A DNA stretch of 64,000 nucleotides, taken from assembly GCA_012295275.1 (NCBI GenBank), contig CM022670.1, positions 34,162,001 to 34,226,000 on the forward strand, written 5' to 3'. A program made the position numbers and the translations under genes. Source of the stretch: Chrysomallon squamiferum (taxonomy: Eukaryota; Animalia; Mollusca). Numbering within the stretch: the stretch's first letter is position 1; every line of letters starts with the position of its first letter. The notes below the pieces were generated by a model, which saw only the letters and a program-made list of their open reading frames with translations, was not told the origin of the DNA and did not search any database. Below are positions 25,534 through 40,530 of this stretch, piece by piece.

Positions 25534-28344
25534 CATTAAATTAATCCCATTAAATTAATCGCAAATTATTTGATTATCAAGGTTATAACGATCAAATGAT
25601 TTTTTTATGTTGTTGTTGCTTTTGTTTAATTTAATTTAATTTAATTTATTTATTTATTTATTTATTTATTTATTAAATATTATTCGTTTTTCTTAACTAA
25701 ACTGTTGAAATTATGTTGATATGAACATATCTATTTTCCTTAATATAACATTTAAGATACATATCGATACTGTAATTATATTAAAAAAATATACTATTTC
25801 TTTATTGCAGTTTCAATATTTTTATTTTAGTTTGGGAATGTAACTGGAAGGTAATATTATTTTGCTCAAAACATATTTGTTTATTATTCATTTTGTTATT
25901 GTTATTGTTATAGTTGTTGTAGGCGTAGTATTTGTAGTAGCAGTAGTAGTAAGAATGGTTATTGTTGTTGTTGTAAGAACTCCTTTATTGATTAATAAAT
26001 GGAATTATCTTTTATATTTACGTAAATTTTCTGTTAGTTATTATATATTTGTCTTGTAGTTCTCTTGTCGGGATTCTCTTTTTTTTTTTTTTTTTTTTTT
26101 TGGTTTTTTGAAAATCTCCATTAAATATCATCACATTTGATTTATAAAAGTTCGTGTGAAGTGCGATACCTACCTGCAGCTGTCTACCTTACACCTTTCT
26201 AATTGACGTCAGCGCTCGTGCATGCCTCGTGACGTTGCTAATACACGTATCATCTTTTCTTATCACTATCAAAGCGAAAAGGGGAAAAAGTTTCAGGTAA
26301 TTTGTTTCAAACACGTTTCTGAGAAATTGTTTGTCAAAATAGATTTTAAAACTGAAAGGTAATATAGCTATATGGCCGGACCCGGGTCGTCTCAAAAACT
26401 CATCACATGTCGCTGTCTGACGGAGGTCAGATTGATTCGGGCCCGTTTTCTATTTTCGTTAAAGTAAATACACGTGATTTACTCGAATGATTGGCATGTA
26501 GCATGCCGGGTAGCGACATTTATTGTGTGTGACCTTTATCCAATTTGTAATTGCATCTTAAAGTTCATTACTGAGAAGAGATTGTATATGGGTTATGAAA
26601 TTATTATTCTTCGCCCGACCGTGCACAGTCACGGTTCGCCGATCCGTATTATTTATTAAAAAAAAAGAAAAAAAAGACCCAGCTACGATAATTTTCTTGA
26701 CGTTTTGGTTATCTCCCTTCCGAAGATGATACCGATAATGTCGGAGGCTTTGGGTTTTGGGGGTTTTTTTTATCGGGTTTCCTCTCGGATAACTGGTATC
26801 ATGACGGGAACATCGGGAAATAATTATTAACGTGTACGATGTGTAGCCCATCTTATGTGTGAGGCGAGATTATGTGCGGATAACTTGATTGAGACGTACA
26901 GAGAGCGAGCGCGTGAAAGCCACTCCCACTTTCCTCACAGATTACAGGACAGATAGGACAACAGCGACATGGAGGTAGAGCCACGTCGTCTCTGTTTGAA
27001 AGCAAGTTATAGAAAATAATTTCATAATCACTTTCTGTTCTTTACATTATACATTAGAGAATGTCATACAATTCAAAAGAGTGAAAATAATAATAACGGA
27101 TTATGAAAATAACGAGATGTGGAGAGATAGGCAGACAATCAGATAGTTAATTGCTGTTATCAATTGTTTCGCGGATTTATCCACCCGTTACTATGTATTT
27201 ACGAAATTCGTCTTCATTTTTTTAACCTTTTCTCTAACCAGTTATGTTTAGAAACATTTTAACTGCTATTTTTATACTTATTTAAAGTTTAATATCATCA
27301 TGTGTATGTTTGTGAATGCGTGAGAGTTCTTTTTCTCTCCCTCTCTTTGTCTAAATTTCTGTCTGACTGTCTCTCTCTCTCTTGTTTATTTTTGCTTTGG
27401 TTTCTCTTTTTCTCAACACAAACATTATTCCAAAACGAGATAATTACATCCAATTATCCACACCTCAAAAACCTGTTTAATTTCGCGTTTTCATTTCTTT
27501 ATACTGCCAGTTATTAATCGTCGTTTCTATTGCAAAAACAAAACGCAGAATGTAATTATGCACAGGGTGTAACCTGTGAAGCAGCCATAACCTAACAACC
27601 GCGGTTTTAGGCTAAACACTTTCATTAATTGATTTCTCTCTCTCTCTCTCTCTCTCTTTTAATTTTTTTTTTAATTTTTTTTTTTTTTAATTTGTTTTTC
27701 GATTTAATTTGCGATGTGCAAGCGCCTTTGGTTTTATTTTGTGTGAGTTTTAATGAGGAATAAAAGTTTGCAAAATAAAAAATTAATATGCTTGCGCGTG
27801 CACACCCCGCTACGATACCCAGTCTCCGGTGCATTCGACACGAGGCTCGCTGGACGAAATGACCTCGAAACCTGCAGCGGGTCACCGGTCCCAGTGACCT
27901 TCACCTTCCAGCAAGGAGGGTCACTTCATATTCCCCTTATGTTTTAATCCGCGACTCTGTTCTAAATATGCATAAACAAATAATCAAGATTTGGTGTGTG
28001 TATCACACATTCGGCTGAGAAGTTGCTCTTTTAATATGTGATAATTTTTTTTTGTGTGTTGAATGTTTTCAAAGACGTTGGTCGTCCTTTCCACTTTGTA
28101 AAGAATATTTGTCTTTAGAGATGGCCAGCACTTGACTCCTCATCAAAAATCACATGAAAAGAAGAAGAAAACAAAAAAATGAACAGCGCCACGTGGCTGT
28201 TTTCTGTAACCACATTTTTGTTCATTGCGGCTACGGAGACAAAAGAGCTGGTCTTACGATTAAAAATGTTGGAAAGAAGCGATAGTTATAATTTTTGATG
28301 GTGATCATACTGACGATGATAATGATGATAATAAGAGTAGTATA

Positions 28345-28353
28345 TGCAGTAGC

Positions 28354-28405
<52 letters not shown>

Positions 28406-28510
28406 TAGTAGTAGTAGTAGTAGTAGTAGTAGTAGAAGTTGTAGTAGTAGTAATAGTAGTAGTAACAGTAGTATTAGTAATAATGTAGTAGTGGTAATGG
28501 TATTATTAGT
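28345..28510. repeat. (GTA)n microsatellite
   Basis: Direct inspection. Confidence 0.95.
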
Positions 28511-28647
28511 AAAAACAATGATATTTACTTTATTAACCGATACATTTTTTTATTAACTTATTTTTTTATTTTATTTTATTTTCACTTTTGTTTGCTTGGT
28601 TGTTTTATTTAATTTTTCTTCTTTTTTTTTAAATATTTATTTATTTA

Positions 28648-28679
<32 letters not shown>

Positions 28680-30276
28680 CTATTCGATTAATTCCTCTTT
28701 TTCTGCTGCTGTACTTTATGATATTTCTGTTAATAATAATTGAATAAATCAGTAAAAAATAAAATATCTGAAATGTATTCATTTTATACAAACACTGATG
28801 TTATATATATATATATCAACAAAATGAAACCTACTGATAATAAAATTAATACTGACTGCCAGTATTGCATAGATTTATTTTATACATTTTATTAATAATA
28901 AATTCTCGGAACAGGTATTTTTTTTAAGATTCATTATATTTAATGAGAAATGAAAAAAAAAAAAGAACAATTTCTTAGAGGACGTATTCTTATTGCTAAA
29001 AATCATGAAATTTTTAATTTAGTCTAATAAATTTCAGCCCGTCTCGGATACCAACGATTAATTCTTTGAGGCTTGTAGCTAAGGTAACCTGTGTGACAGA
29101 AACAGAATACACAAATCACTATTAGCAACGCCTGTCGCATCCTCGTTAAAATTTTCTCTTTGTTACTTTACTGTTGTCGTAAGATTTGTCCGTGTGCAGA
29201 GTAACATTACACTTACGTGCACCGTCTTAACGTCAACCTCACAGCATAAGGTGGATCGTTACTCCTCTTTTTAATGTTCTCTTGTTAAAAGAACTGGGGT
29301 CAATTTTCTACCAGACAGGACAGTATTTTTTTTTTTACATCTTTTGTACAAAGGGTCATTTCTTGATCAGTTTAAATGCAAACGAATCCGTCGTTGTTCT
29401 TTCTTTTTGTTTGGGATCATGTCCTAATAACGACCAAAGTAAAATGAACTGTGATGATAGGATTCTTCAGATTTCGTGAAGAGTTTCGCGGTCATATCAA
29501 AGCCGTTTAGGTAACTGAAACGAAGGAAATATGCAATCCATTCAGCATTGATGAAGCTCAAGTGGCCATTTTTTTTTTTATTTTTTTTTTTTTTATTGTT
29601 ATTCCACAAAGATTGTAACGCGCTCGTAATGAGGAGTGTCCGAGTTGGTTGACAAAAGCATTCACGCCACGGCAATTTCACAGCCTGCTCCCTTCAGGCG
29701 GAACATGGCGCGTTCATAAAGCAGATCCCTGCCGGACTGCGACTCTTGTGTCGCTTTTATGAGGTCAATTTTGTGGAAGGAATAAAAAAAAAAAAAAAAA
29801 AAAAACGAGAGGAAGAAGAGAAAACCGCGATCACAATAAATGATTTGCTTGTTATTGACTCGTGCCGGGACTAATAGACTTGGTCGCTGGGGTGAAGCGA
29901 AAACGGCCAGAAGCAAACAGCGACATCATCATCATCATCATCATCAGACAGAGAGACAGACAGAAGCAGTTTCCTACCATGTGACCGTGACGTGTTCCGG
30001 TTGTCGGTTCGTGCGGAAGACTGCGGACTGGCATGACGTGAACGACGATTGTTATTGTGCGATGCTGATGCCCGACGACGTCACCTCATGCAACATGTCT
30101 GCCATTATTACCGGCCCAGCGTGACAAATAGAGAAGATTGAGGTGATAGCATCGGGGATATATCTGTCTTTGTTAATTACTGTTCGTGCACGCTTTGCAC
30201 GTGCTTTGTAAAATAATAATAATAAAAAAAAATTAAAAAATGTTGAAAGCAAAATGAGGCTGTCGCTTTTCGTCGG

Positions 30277-30311
<35 letters not shown>

Positions 30312-30405
30312 GTTCTGTCAGATAAAAGGAACATCCCCCTTTTTTTTTCATTAGAAAAATAACAAATTTAATAATATGAACAAAAAAAAGAAGAAGAAAG
30401 GAGAG

Positions 30406-30408
<3 letters not shown>

Positions 30409-30500
<92 letters not shown>
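30409..30500. repeat. Compound (GT)n(GA)n microsatellite
   Basis: Direct inspection. Confidence 0.98.
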
Positions 30501-30503
<3 letters not shown>

Positions 30504-33500
30504 AAAGGTAAAGAAAACCACCATGAACTGAAAAATTGTGGTATTATATTAAACCACGCATTTTTTCCTTTTCTTCTGCTTCTTTTTTTTTTTTTCTTCT
30601 TTTCTTCTTCTTCTTTTAATTCTTTTTTTTTTTTTTTTTTTTTTTGGACAGGTGATAAAGTACGTAGTGATCAGACCCAAGATAAGTGATAATACGGTTG
30701 AGATTTTAGCGGCGTCATGTGGGATTATGGCCTGTTATGTTACACGATTCTTATCGTCTCTTCTACTCTCTCCTGACGTGCGGTCACATTTGTCCTCTCT
30801 TTAAATCGAAGTTGACGTTTATTTCGCTTCGTTACATATTAGTCGTGAAGATAACATCTAAGCACTTGTTAAATTATATTTTATAACATGTTTTTGTAAA
30901 CTTCGCTTGCTGTCGATGAAATGATGAGATAAGCTTGAAAACTAAAAAAAATAAAAAACCTAAATAAAAAAAAAACAAATACGTCAAACTTTCCTTCGAT
31001 TCATTATGACGTTAATTATAGTTGAAATGCTCTCGTTATACCCGACTTGATCCGACTTTTTAGAAAACAATTACACATGCGTTATTTAATTTTAACAGAC
31101 AGCATGAGTGTTAGCAAATGCTGATTTGTTGATAATGAATACGCTAAATGTTTAATACATTATTAAAACTACATTAATGTTTGTAATCATTCTCAAGGTT
31201 TAATAAACCAGTTAATACGCATTTACTCGTGTCATTACAATTACTTTAAAAAAAAAAAAAAAAATTAAAAATTCAATAATATTATATGCAAATATAGTTT
31301 GAAAATAGATAAAATGACATACAGACAGACAAACATAGGTAATAAATAGATAGATTAAAGACCGGCAGGTATTCCAAAACGTTTAACAATAATTCTATTA
31401 TACCTAAAATATAAATGATTATTTAATACAATCATTTAGTTTAATAACGCATTAAATATACATTCAAAAAGTAAACACACATTCATTAACCGTAAAATAG
31501 AGGTTAATGTTAATAAATAATAAATAATCTGAATTCATTTATAAATAATACAGGTTGTTAATAAGTTCAGTAAATTAGAATATATATATTATCTCATTAA
31601 ATAATGATATGCATATTTAGAAAATATATGTGTATGTTAACTAAACATAATTAAGAAGATATTTTAAAAATAACGTTAATAATTCTGTTATTAATTTAAA
31701 AATTGATTATTTAAATGTTTAATACAATTTTAACAATGGCAGGCCATACTGAAATCAGATAGTGCGTTTAATTAATTATGACAATATTTTCACAAAAAGA
31801 GTACATGACAGTAAAACGAAAGACTGCTTAAAAAATAAATACAACATCAGAACAATAACAACAACATTAATAATAATGATATTAACAACAATAATAATTA
31901 ATTAATTAAATATCTTAATAAATAAATAAGCAAATAAATAAATGTTTGTGTCATTTATTCATTTATTTATTTGCTGTTTATTTATTTATTATTTTTATTT
32001 TTATTATTTACTGATTTATTTTATTTTATTTTATTATTTTATTTTATTTTATTTTATTTATTATTTTTGTTGTTGTTGTTGTTGTTGTTTATTATGATAA
32101 AAAATACCTGCTTCACTTTGGATTTTTCATTTTGTATTACTATACTTATTGATGAGGTATTGTACTTTATTACATTAAACTGAATTATACTATATTATAT
32201 CCACTTAATTTCTTTGTTTTACGCATACCAGTTTTAGTGTTAGTATTTTTCATTTTAACTGCATCATTTCCGCAGCCACATTACATGGTGTGGTAAATCT
32301 AAATACTGTAATATCAACATGTACAAATAACTTTCTTCCAACGAAAATTAATTGAAATAATTCACATTTAACCTGTCAAATTTAGACATAACACATCGCG
32401 AACCTAACACTTAAATACTGATAAAAAAAAAAAAAAAAAAAAAAATAACGAAGATAAAAAGAACTCTGTTATTTAAGGGTAAAATATTTTGCAAAAATTA
32501 CAGGCTGTTGGAACGGGTTATTATTAATACTGGTGGTCTTATAAATTATTACGCAGGTGTGAATATAACGGTAATACGACAGGTCGCATTACACTTTAGG
32601 GCTGTGCGTTACTGATGGGTACAACGGTAATATGACAGGTCATGTTACATTTTATTGCCTTGCGATGCTGAATGAACATGCCATTTTCAAACTTCTCTAT
32701 TCATATTCTTCTTTTTATTTAAATATATCTGAAAACAGAAATGAAAGAAAAAAAATGATATGAATTTATTATTTAAATTTTATTTATATTTCAAGTGTTA
32801 CGAAAACGTGCGTCTTGATTTACGTGACCATCATGCCAGTTTTTCAAGATGGTGCATTTGGTTTGGTATCCGCGGTACACACTTGAAATACCAGTCGATT
32901 TCGTGATGGTCGCGCGTCCATGTCGTAAAAATAAATGTGAAAAGGTAAATCTCTCAAATAATGTCAGTAACCTTTAAAATTAAATTATAATATTAATGTT
33001 ACTTCTTTATTCTTTTTTTTTTTTTTTTTTTTTTTTAAACAGAAATATTTATTTATTTATTTATGAAGAGAGGGAGAGTGAGGGAAAAAGACAAAACGAG
33101 TGGGAATTGTCAAGTTTCCATTCACAGTGACAAATCTTTTATAAAAGTAATAAAAATTTTAAAAAATCCTTAATACATACGTCAACTAAAAAAAATAAAA
33201 TAAAATAATCAGTTAAACAAACAAAGTAACAAATAAGTAAGTCAGTAAATAAATAAATAAATACTTAATAATAATTAAGATAAGAAAAGAAAAAACGAAG
33301 ATTAAAAATTATAAACCCTACACTGCATGTTAATTTCTGTCACTCGATTAACCGCAAATAACAGTCATTACTTTTTGTTCACAAACCAAACCGTTCTGTT
33401 GGCCTGAGTTTTCTACACGATGATACGGCTTCATGCGATAATCTATTTATTTATCACCGCTGTTTAATTTACCAAATATATTGTAATTCATGGAAATTAC

Positions 33501-36500
33501 AAGGTATGTTGACACGTCTAGTTTGAATGTCTAATGGACTACTATGACCAGATGGTCTCCTATGTTTTGAACCGGCTTCTCCGTGAACTGTGGAATATAT
33601 TTTTGGTTAAAGTATCCATTCTCTGTGACTTGTCCTTTTGTGTGTAAAATAATTAAAAAAACGCGAATGTCCAGACCGCTAGAAATAATTTTAATGCAGG
33701 ACTGAAACCACGGCTGTCTTCGTATTTGGTGTCCTTTTTCTGAAATCCTTGGGGATAATTAAAATGTAAAAAAACAAATATATGCTTGATATTGTGGTTA
33801 TAATGTATCCAGTGTTGTTATTTTATTTTTCCTTATGAATGTATATTCTGTGTTGAATTATTTTAAATTATTATATTATATATATTATATTATGTTTGTC
33901 ATCTTGTGTTATGTTATGATATGATATTATATATTATAATATACTTATAATACATTACATTATATTACAATGTAATGTATTGTATTACACTGCATTAAAT
34001 ATGTATTTATTATATACCCTGTGAAGCAATAAAAGAGACAAAAAATCGAAATGGATTTCAAAATGTAAAATGTTACAGTTATATTATTTTAACATAATAC
34101 CTTTTGAGACTGAAGTTAGATATTTAATTAAAATTCAAAAAAAATATTTATTATTCACACATGACATGTCTTAATAAAATATAGAAAAATAATAATTGCA
34201 TTAACGAATGGAAATGAATATTAATTGAAAATCATAATTTATATGTTTATGTGTTTTGTTTCTTTTCTTCTTCTGATTTAATAACGATTATGATAATGAT
34301 GATGACAGCTTTTATTAAACTGTAAGAAATATCATAGAATTTATTGTTCTGTTAAAAGAATATTACGTTTTTCATGTTTCCAGTATACAATAATTATTAT
34401 ATATAATTAAGAAAAAATAAGTACATTCGAATTTCCATAAGATCGGGTGAACCGATATAGCTTAATCGAACAATTTTATTTATCCATTTTAATATAAATT
34501 ATGAATATGTCAAAATAGTCCTTGAAATCGAAACACCAGGTTATCAGGTAGACACTTACAATTAAAAAATAACCTCCAGTAATTCACAGCTGCCCCCTGA
34601 TTCTGGCGACATTTTGAAGAAACTGCCGACAACCCTAATGTCATTAATTAGTTCACTCTTGCTTCGGGGACATGTTTATCACCTTCTCGCTACTTCTCTC
34701 CCTTGTCGAATTCTTTTACACAACAGAGAACCTCTGTCTCCACTTGTAAAATGGTGTTATTTATTATCTCTGTTGTATACGATGCGGTCTTCTTTCGGTT
34801 GTTTACATCTTTGTCCAGTAAATGGTCAACGCCTGTTAAGACCACCACTCTGTACAACTATTAGCGTAAATCAGGAAAGGTGAAAGTGACCAAGCCGTCG
34901 AATAAAAGAATAACATCTTTCAACAAAAGAGATGACCGCGGTCCATGATTTTGTTTGGACAGTGAAGACGAGATAAAGACAGGTTTACGGCTGGCATCAC
35001 ACTCACAGTCTGTTCTGACGAGTGTTATAAATATGAAAAAGAGATATCAGCGTCGTAAAAATACAAGTAGTAATATATGCACACTCATGTGTCAATGGGG
35101 AAGAGTACTGGTTGCAAGTTATTATATGTTCTATAACAATTGATGGTCAACCGTCTTAACAAAGAACAGGCAGTCGATTATACAGACTTTTTAAAACCTG
35201 TTCTGTCTTTCTATCTGTCTGTATCAGTCTACCTATCTATCCATCCATCTATATATATATACATACATCTATATATCTGTCTATCTCTTTATCTATATAT
35301 CTAGCTATCTGTCTGTCTGTCTATCTATATATATATATATATACGTATTTATGTATGTATGTCTATGCACCCATGCACGAATACAAATGTGTGGTTGTAG
35401 CACGTTACAAAGCTATACTCACTCACAGTAACTTGGTTTTTAGATGCCCTAAACCATTATCTATTTAATCACGTAATTCCAGTTTCATCGCACTCAATAT
35501 AATTTCAAGCAATTTACATATAAAGCGAAATATTAACTTAACAACTTTGAATTATAATATCTATTTCAAGTAGATATCTCTCTATCAGACACAAACCTTC
35601 AGAATTCACTTTACATTTCTTTTTCTTTTTTTTTTTCTTTTTTTTGAAAACTGTTTCATTGTAAATTATTTTGACAACTCAATGTCCGAGGAAAGGTCAA
35701 GATCCGTTTTTAATTAAAAAGAAAATCGCCAACAGTCGCCAACCGTGGTCCTACCAGGACACGTCTAAAATGTGGACTTAATTTGGCCTCATTAAAGCTT
35801 TTCAGGTTACATGAAATTTAACATGTCTGAAATAAGATATTTATTGTCTGGACTAAAGACGCTCGTGTCATGCACGCGCAACGAGTCGATGTTCTAATTC
35901 ACGTGGACGTGGTAACAGAACTGCGTGCGTCACTGCTGCCCGACATGGATAGGTTTGCGCCACGCATGTATTTAAAGTAATTTATTTAGCGCGGTTACTT
36001 ATTGCTCGAGATCAGCAGATCGGAAAAAGAAAGGACAATTGAAGCACTGCGATATCCACCGGTTTCTGAAAACATCATAGTTCCCGCCGGTCGTTCCTCG
36101 TGCACGTGATACGAATTTGATTTGAAGGTGCGCATGTCCGATCTGGGAATGGTATGGAATGCCAGTGCGTGGCGTCTGTTGTTTCTTCAGTCATTCGCAC
36201 GCTGTAATTGTTGTCGCCAGTGTGTGTAATCGGAGATTTCAGGACGTAAATTACGTTTTAATAGAGTGATATCTACATAAGCTGCCATCATAATGGTTGT
36301 TAATGGACTCGTTTCTGTGTTAATTATTATCATCATCATCATCATCATCATCATCATAATCATCATTTTTATTTATTTATTTATTTATTTTTATTATTTA
36401 TTTATTTATTTATTTTTTTTATTTTTATTATTTTTTTTTTTCTTTTTTTTTCTTTTTTTGTTTAAAAAAAAAAAAAAAGTATTTTAGCTTAAAAAGTAAT

Positions 36501-38453
36501 GGATCATAGGAACGATTCTTATAAGAGCGAGTTGTTTACTCTTTTTTTTTTTTTTTTAATCCTATTGTCAACGACTGTCACAAACAATTATAAGTATTTG
36601 CCTTTCCCTGTGAAGTAACACATAAAGCAGTCATTTGATTCTAATCAGTGAGATGATGGAAGCAGATTTTCGTTTTGTTATTACTGTAAAAATACTAGTC
36701 GCATAATATTAAGAATTTATTCTTTAATAACATTTAAATGTTTTGAACTCGTGTTGTTCAACAAATATTCATTCATTCATTAGTGTTTATTCTCGCTGTT
36801 ATTTCCGTTCTTTTTGTGCAGAAACTCATTTAGGATTTTTATTTTAAAAAATGTCAAGAATAAAAATTGAAATAAAAAAATTACTGTTAATATGATGTTT
36901 ATTAAAGAAAGAAATTAATCTAGTCTTATATAAAAGACTGCGGTAATTCTGTATATAGATAGAGAAATAAAATAAAATAAAATAAAATAAAATAAAGAAT
37001 GAAAGAAAATATTAAATTAATTTATTTAATTACCTAAATTCGGATAACGTCGGTTTAATCACTTTGTCAAATAAAGTAAAGAAAAAAATTATCTTAAATT
37101 CTCTGAGCTATAAATTAAAAAAATATATGTAAAATAAACAATAAGAGCAATAGCTCTCCTTTAATTCACTAGTTCAGTTAATCTAGTGCTTCACTAGATA
37201 TACTGTTAAACAGTATTCATTCATACTTGAATTCAGTCGTTCGTTTATTTATTCATACCGTGATTTCATTCTTTCGTTAATTCATTTGTTCATGAATTCC
37301 GTCTTTCGTTAATTCATTCATACATCAGAAGAATTCCTCTTCTATTCATGCATTCGTTTGTTTATTCGTTAATATATTAATTTATTCTTTCTTTTCGTAA
37401 ACAAAAGGAAAAACAATACGAACACACACATATTTAGCGGTCTTGTTGGTACAAAATAATAATGACATTTTGGCTATTTCTTAATTTTTTAGCTTCGATT
37501 ATTTATTTATTTATTTATTTATTTACTGCTGGACTAAAAGAGAAATAAAGAAAATTAATTAAAAAATAAATTAAAATAAAAAATAAATAAAATTTTATAG
37601 ATAAACATATAAACAATAAAATAAACTGAAAGAGTAGTAATTAAGTAATTAAATAAATCAAACAAATAAATGAAACACCGTTTGCGTGTTAATTTTGTCG
37701 ATATAAAATTACATGCAAATAAACAGTTTTGTCGGCGAAATCTAACTTCAATAATAGAAAACTATCATTTCCATTTTTAAACATATCTATTACCAAATTT
37801 GGAGGCATTATATACCTGCAATTTTCAGAGTTCTAAGAGATCAGAAGCATATACCATTACCATCTGACCTCAAAACTCTGTTATTCGAGTTTCTTGCAAA
37901 TAAGTATAAGATGCTTTGATTTGCACTGAGCGTAAAAATCCAGTTTCTGCGCAGAAACATGAATATGCATGACTTTTCTTCCCTGCTGTTTTTAATGCCG
38001 TCCACGATCATTCGCACGTGTAAATTAAACAAACGCTTGAAAACATAACACGTGCAAAATTGCGTTGTTACCCCCATGGAGGCCAAACACGAATTTAATA
38101 TGCACTGACTTTAGCCTATAATAAAAAGTTCTTTCTTTTCCTGCTTTTGTGTGTCAAGAGATTAGATGCACAAGGCAATAATATCATTAACCAGATGATT
38201 ATCTTTTATTGTGTTCTTAATAATAATAATAATAATAATAAGGAAGATGATGATGATGATGGCGATGATGATGTTGATGATGATGATGATGATGATGATA
38301 ATGAAAATAACAATATAAAAATTGTTAATGTTTTTATTATTGTTTGTTTTATTAATTAAAATAAATATATATATATTTACTAGCTTAATTTTTATTTACG
38401 ATAAAACGTGTATATAATTATTCTATTTTCTTCTTGATAGTTTTATTGATACT

Positions 38454-38485
<32 letters not shown>

Positions 38486-40428
38486 TTTGTTTATTTGTTA
38501 ATTTTTCAAAACACCGTTTTTCAAAATTGTATTTTGACGAAAAATATATTGATCGGTTTTAACGAATTAATTATTTATATAATGATATAAAATAAAACAC
38601 ACATATACGGAAACAAACAAATTTAGCTTAAGAGAAAAAATACATCAGGCGCTTCGTAAAAATAATTATTACAATTTAAAATTATATCTTTGTTATGTTT
38701 ATTAAAATGCCAAACAGTAAAAATTATAGACAATAAAATTATATATTAGTATAAAATATATTGTCATCTAGCCTAGATAGATACAAAAACATTTTAAATC
38801 TATATAATATAAAGTGACTATAACTGAACAATTACTGTGTCTGTACGTATTTCGTGCACCTGTTGCGTAAGTCATTAACTTCAGCAGAAATTAACTGATT
38901 TGCCTTTTAAACTAACCAGTATGACGTTGTGATTAACGTGATACTGCAGATATTATAAGTCAACAACATGTTAAAAGTTAACATCCAAAATAAACCGTTA
39001 GCAAATTAAACCCGCATCTGTCGTGCACTGGATGTCGAAAGAAACTCACGAAATTGCTAGTGATTCGTCGATGCTGTTACAACCGTTATTATTATTACTG
39101 TGAATAAACAAATTAATGTGTAAGTTATCAAAACCATTTTAAAATTTAAATTACGGTTTTATTTTTTTTAAATCTTTTTTCATTCATTATTTCATTCTTT
39201 GTTCTCCTTTCTTCTCCTTTCTTTTCTTCTTCTTCTTTTTCATCTTTTCAATTTTTTTCACTGTCCTACGTCTCCTTTATTTTAATGCCCGTTTACAGTT
39301 TTGGTAAAGAAAGATTTAAATGTAAGATTTGCCATTTAGATAGGAATATCCTAATATACACACTTAAGCATTATAACAGACAAGATATCAAAAATAATTC
39401 CCAAATAGTATAAATTTCGTTTTTGTATGTTTGTGATATATATATGTCATGTGTGCCTGAATGTGTTGGTTATTTGAGAATTATTTATAGAAATAATTAT
39501 AAGTGAATCAAATAAGGAATCCTTTACTTGAAAATAAAAGCTTTTTAAGTATTGAAAATAAATAAATACCACAACTGTTGCCACGCAAAAGCTAACATCA
39601 TTAAATCAACAAAGAAAAATAGTAATTCATTATAAACGATTTATATATGGTATTTGTTCTTTGCCTGTTAATGAATGCATTGTCTGCTATTCACCAGTTT
39701 CTTTGATTCCAAAATGACGCAAAGGTGTCATGACGTAATCGTCGCGTGCATCGGCGGTGTCATCTCACGGATCCGTCCACAAAGACCACTGTTTGTTGCT
39801 CAAATTACAGCTGTTGTCTGCGGAAGCGACCTCTGGTGGTACTTCCGAACAAGAAGTCGACAAATTCGATGATGGTCAACAACGTAACCTTTGACCTTGG
39901 ATGACACTAAAGCGCAGGACCTGACGGCACAGTACAAGGGGGTCACTAAAGGGATTCACCTGAAATGAACATCCGCGTGTTGGGTATTTCGCCAGACAGA
40001 TAGGATCGTGTAAATTAATTATCATTATTTATCTCTTCTCGACCCACGCAGCGGGACTCGAGAGATGACACTCGCGTTCGGCATGGCAGGACATTAAGAA
40101 TAAAACATTTTCTTGCAGTGTTCACAAATATACTGCGCCAGACCCCTATCATTAAATGTTTTGAGTACAAAATTTATGAAAATAGATAAAAAAAAAAAAA
40201 AAAAGAAGAGAAAAGATCTATAACTGAATGTAATTGCTCTATGAAAATTATTCTATATTTTATAATTTATCGTTCTTTCTCTCCCTCTTTCTCATTCTCT
40301 CTCCTTGTATACTTTTTCTACGTGACTTATATACGTAGGAAGAGAGAGATTTCAATTTTAATTCAGAAAGTTTGTATGAAGCAGTTTAAAACGTAAAAGA
40401 AATTATTATCATAGATTTGCACCATCTC

Positions 40429-40530
<102 letters not shown>

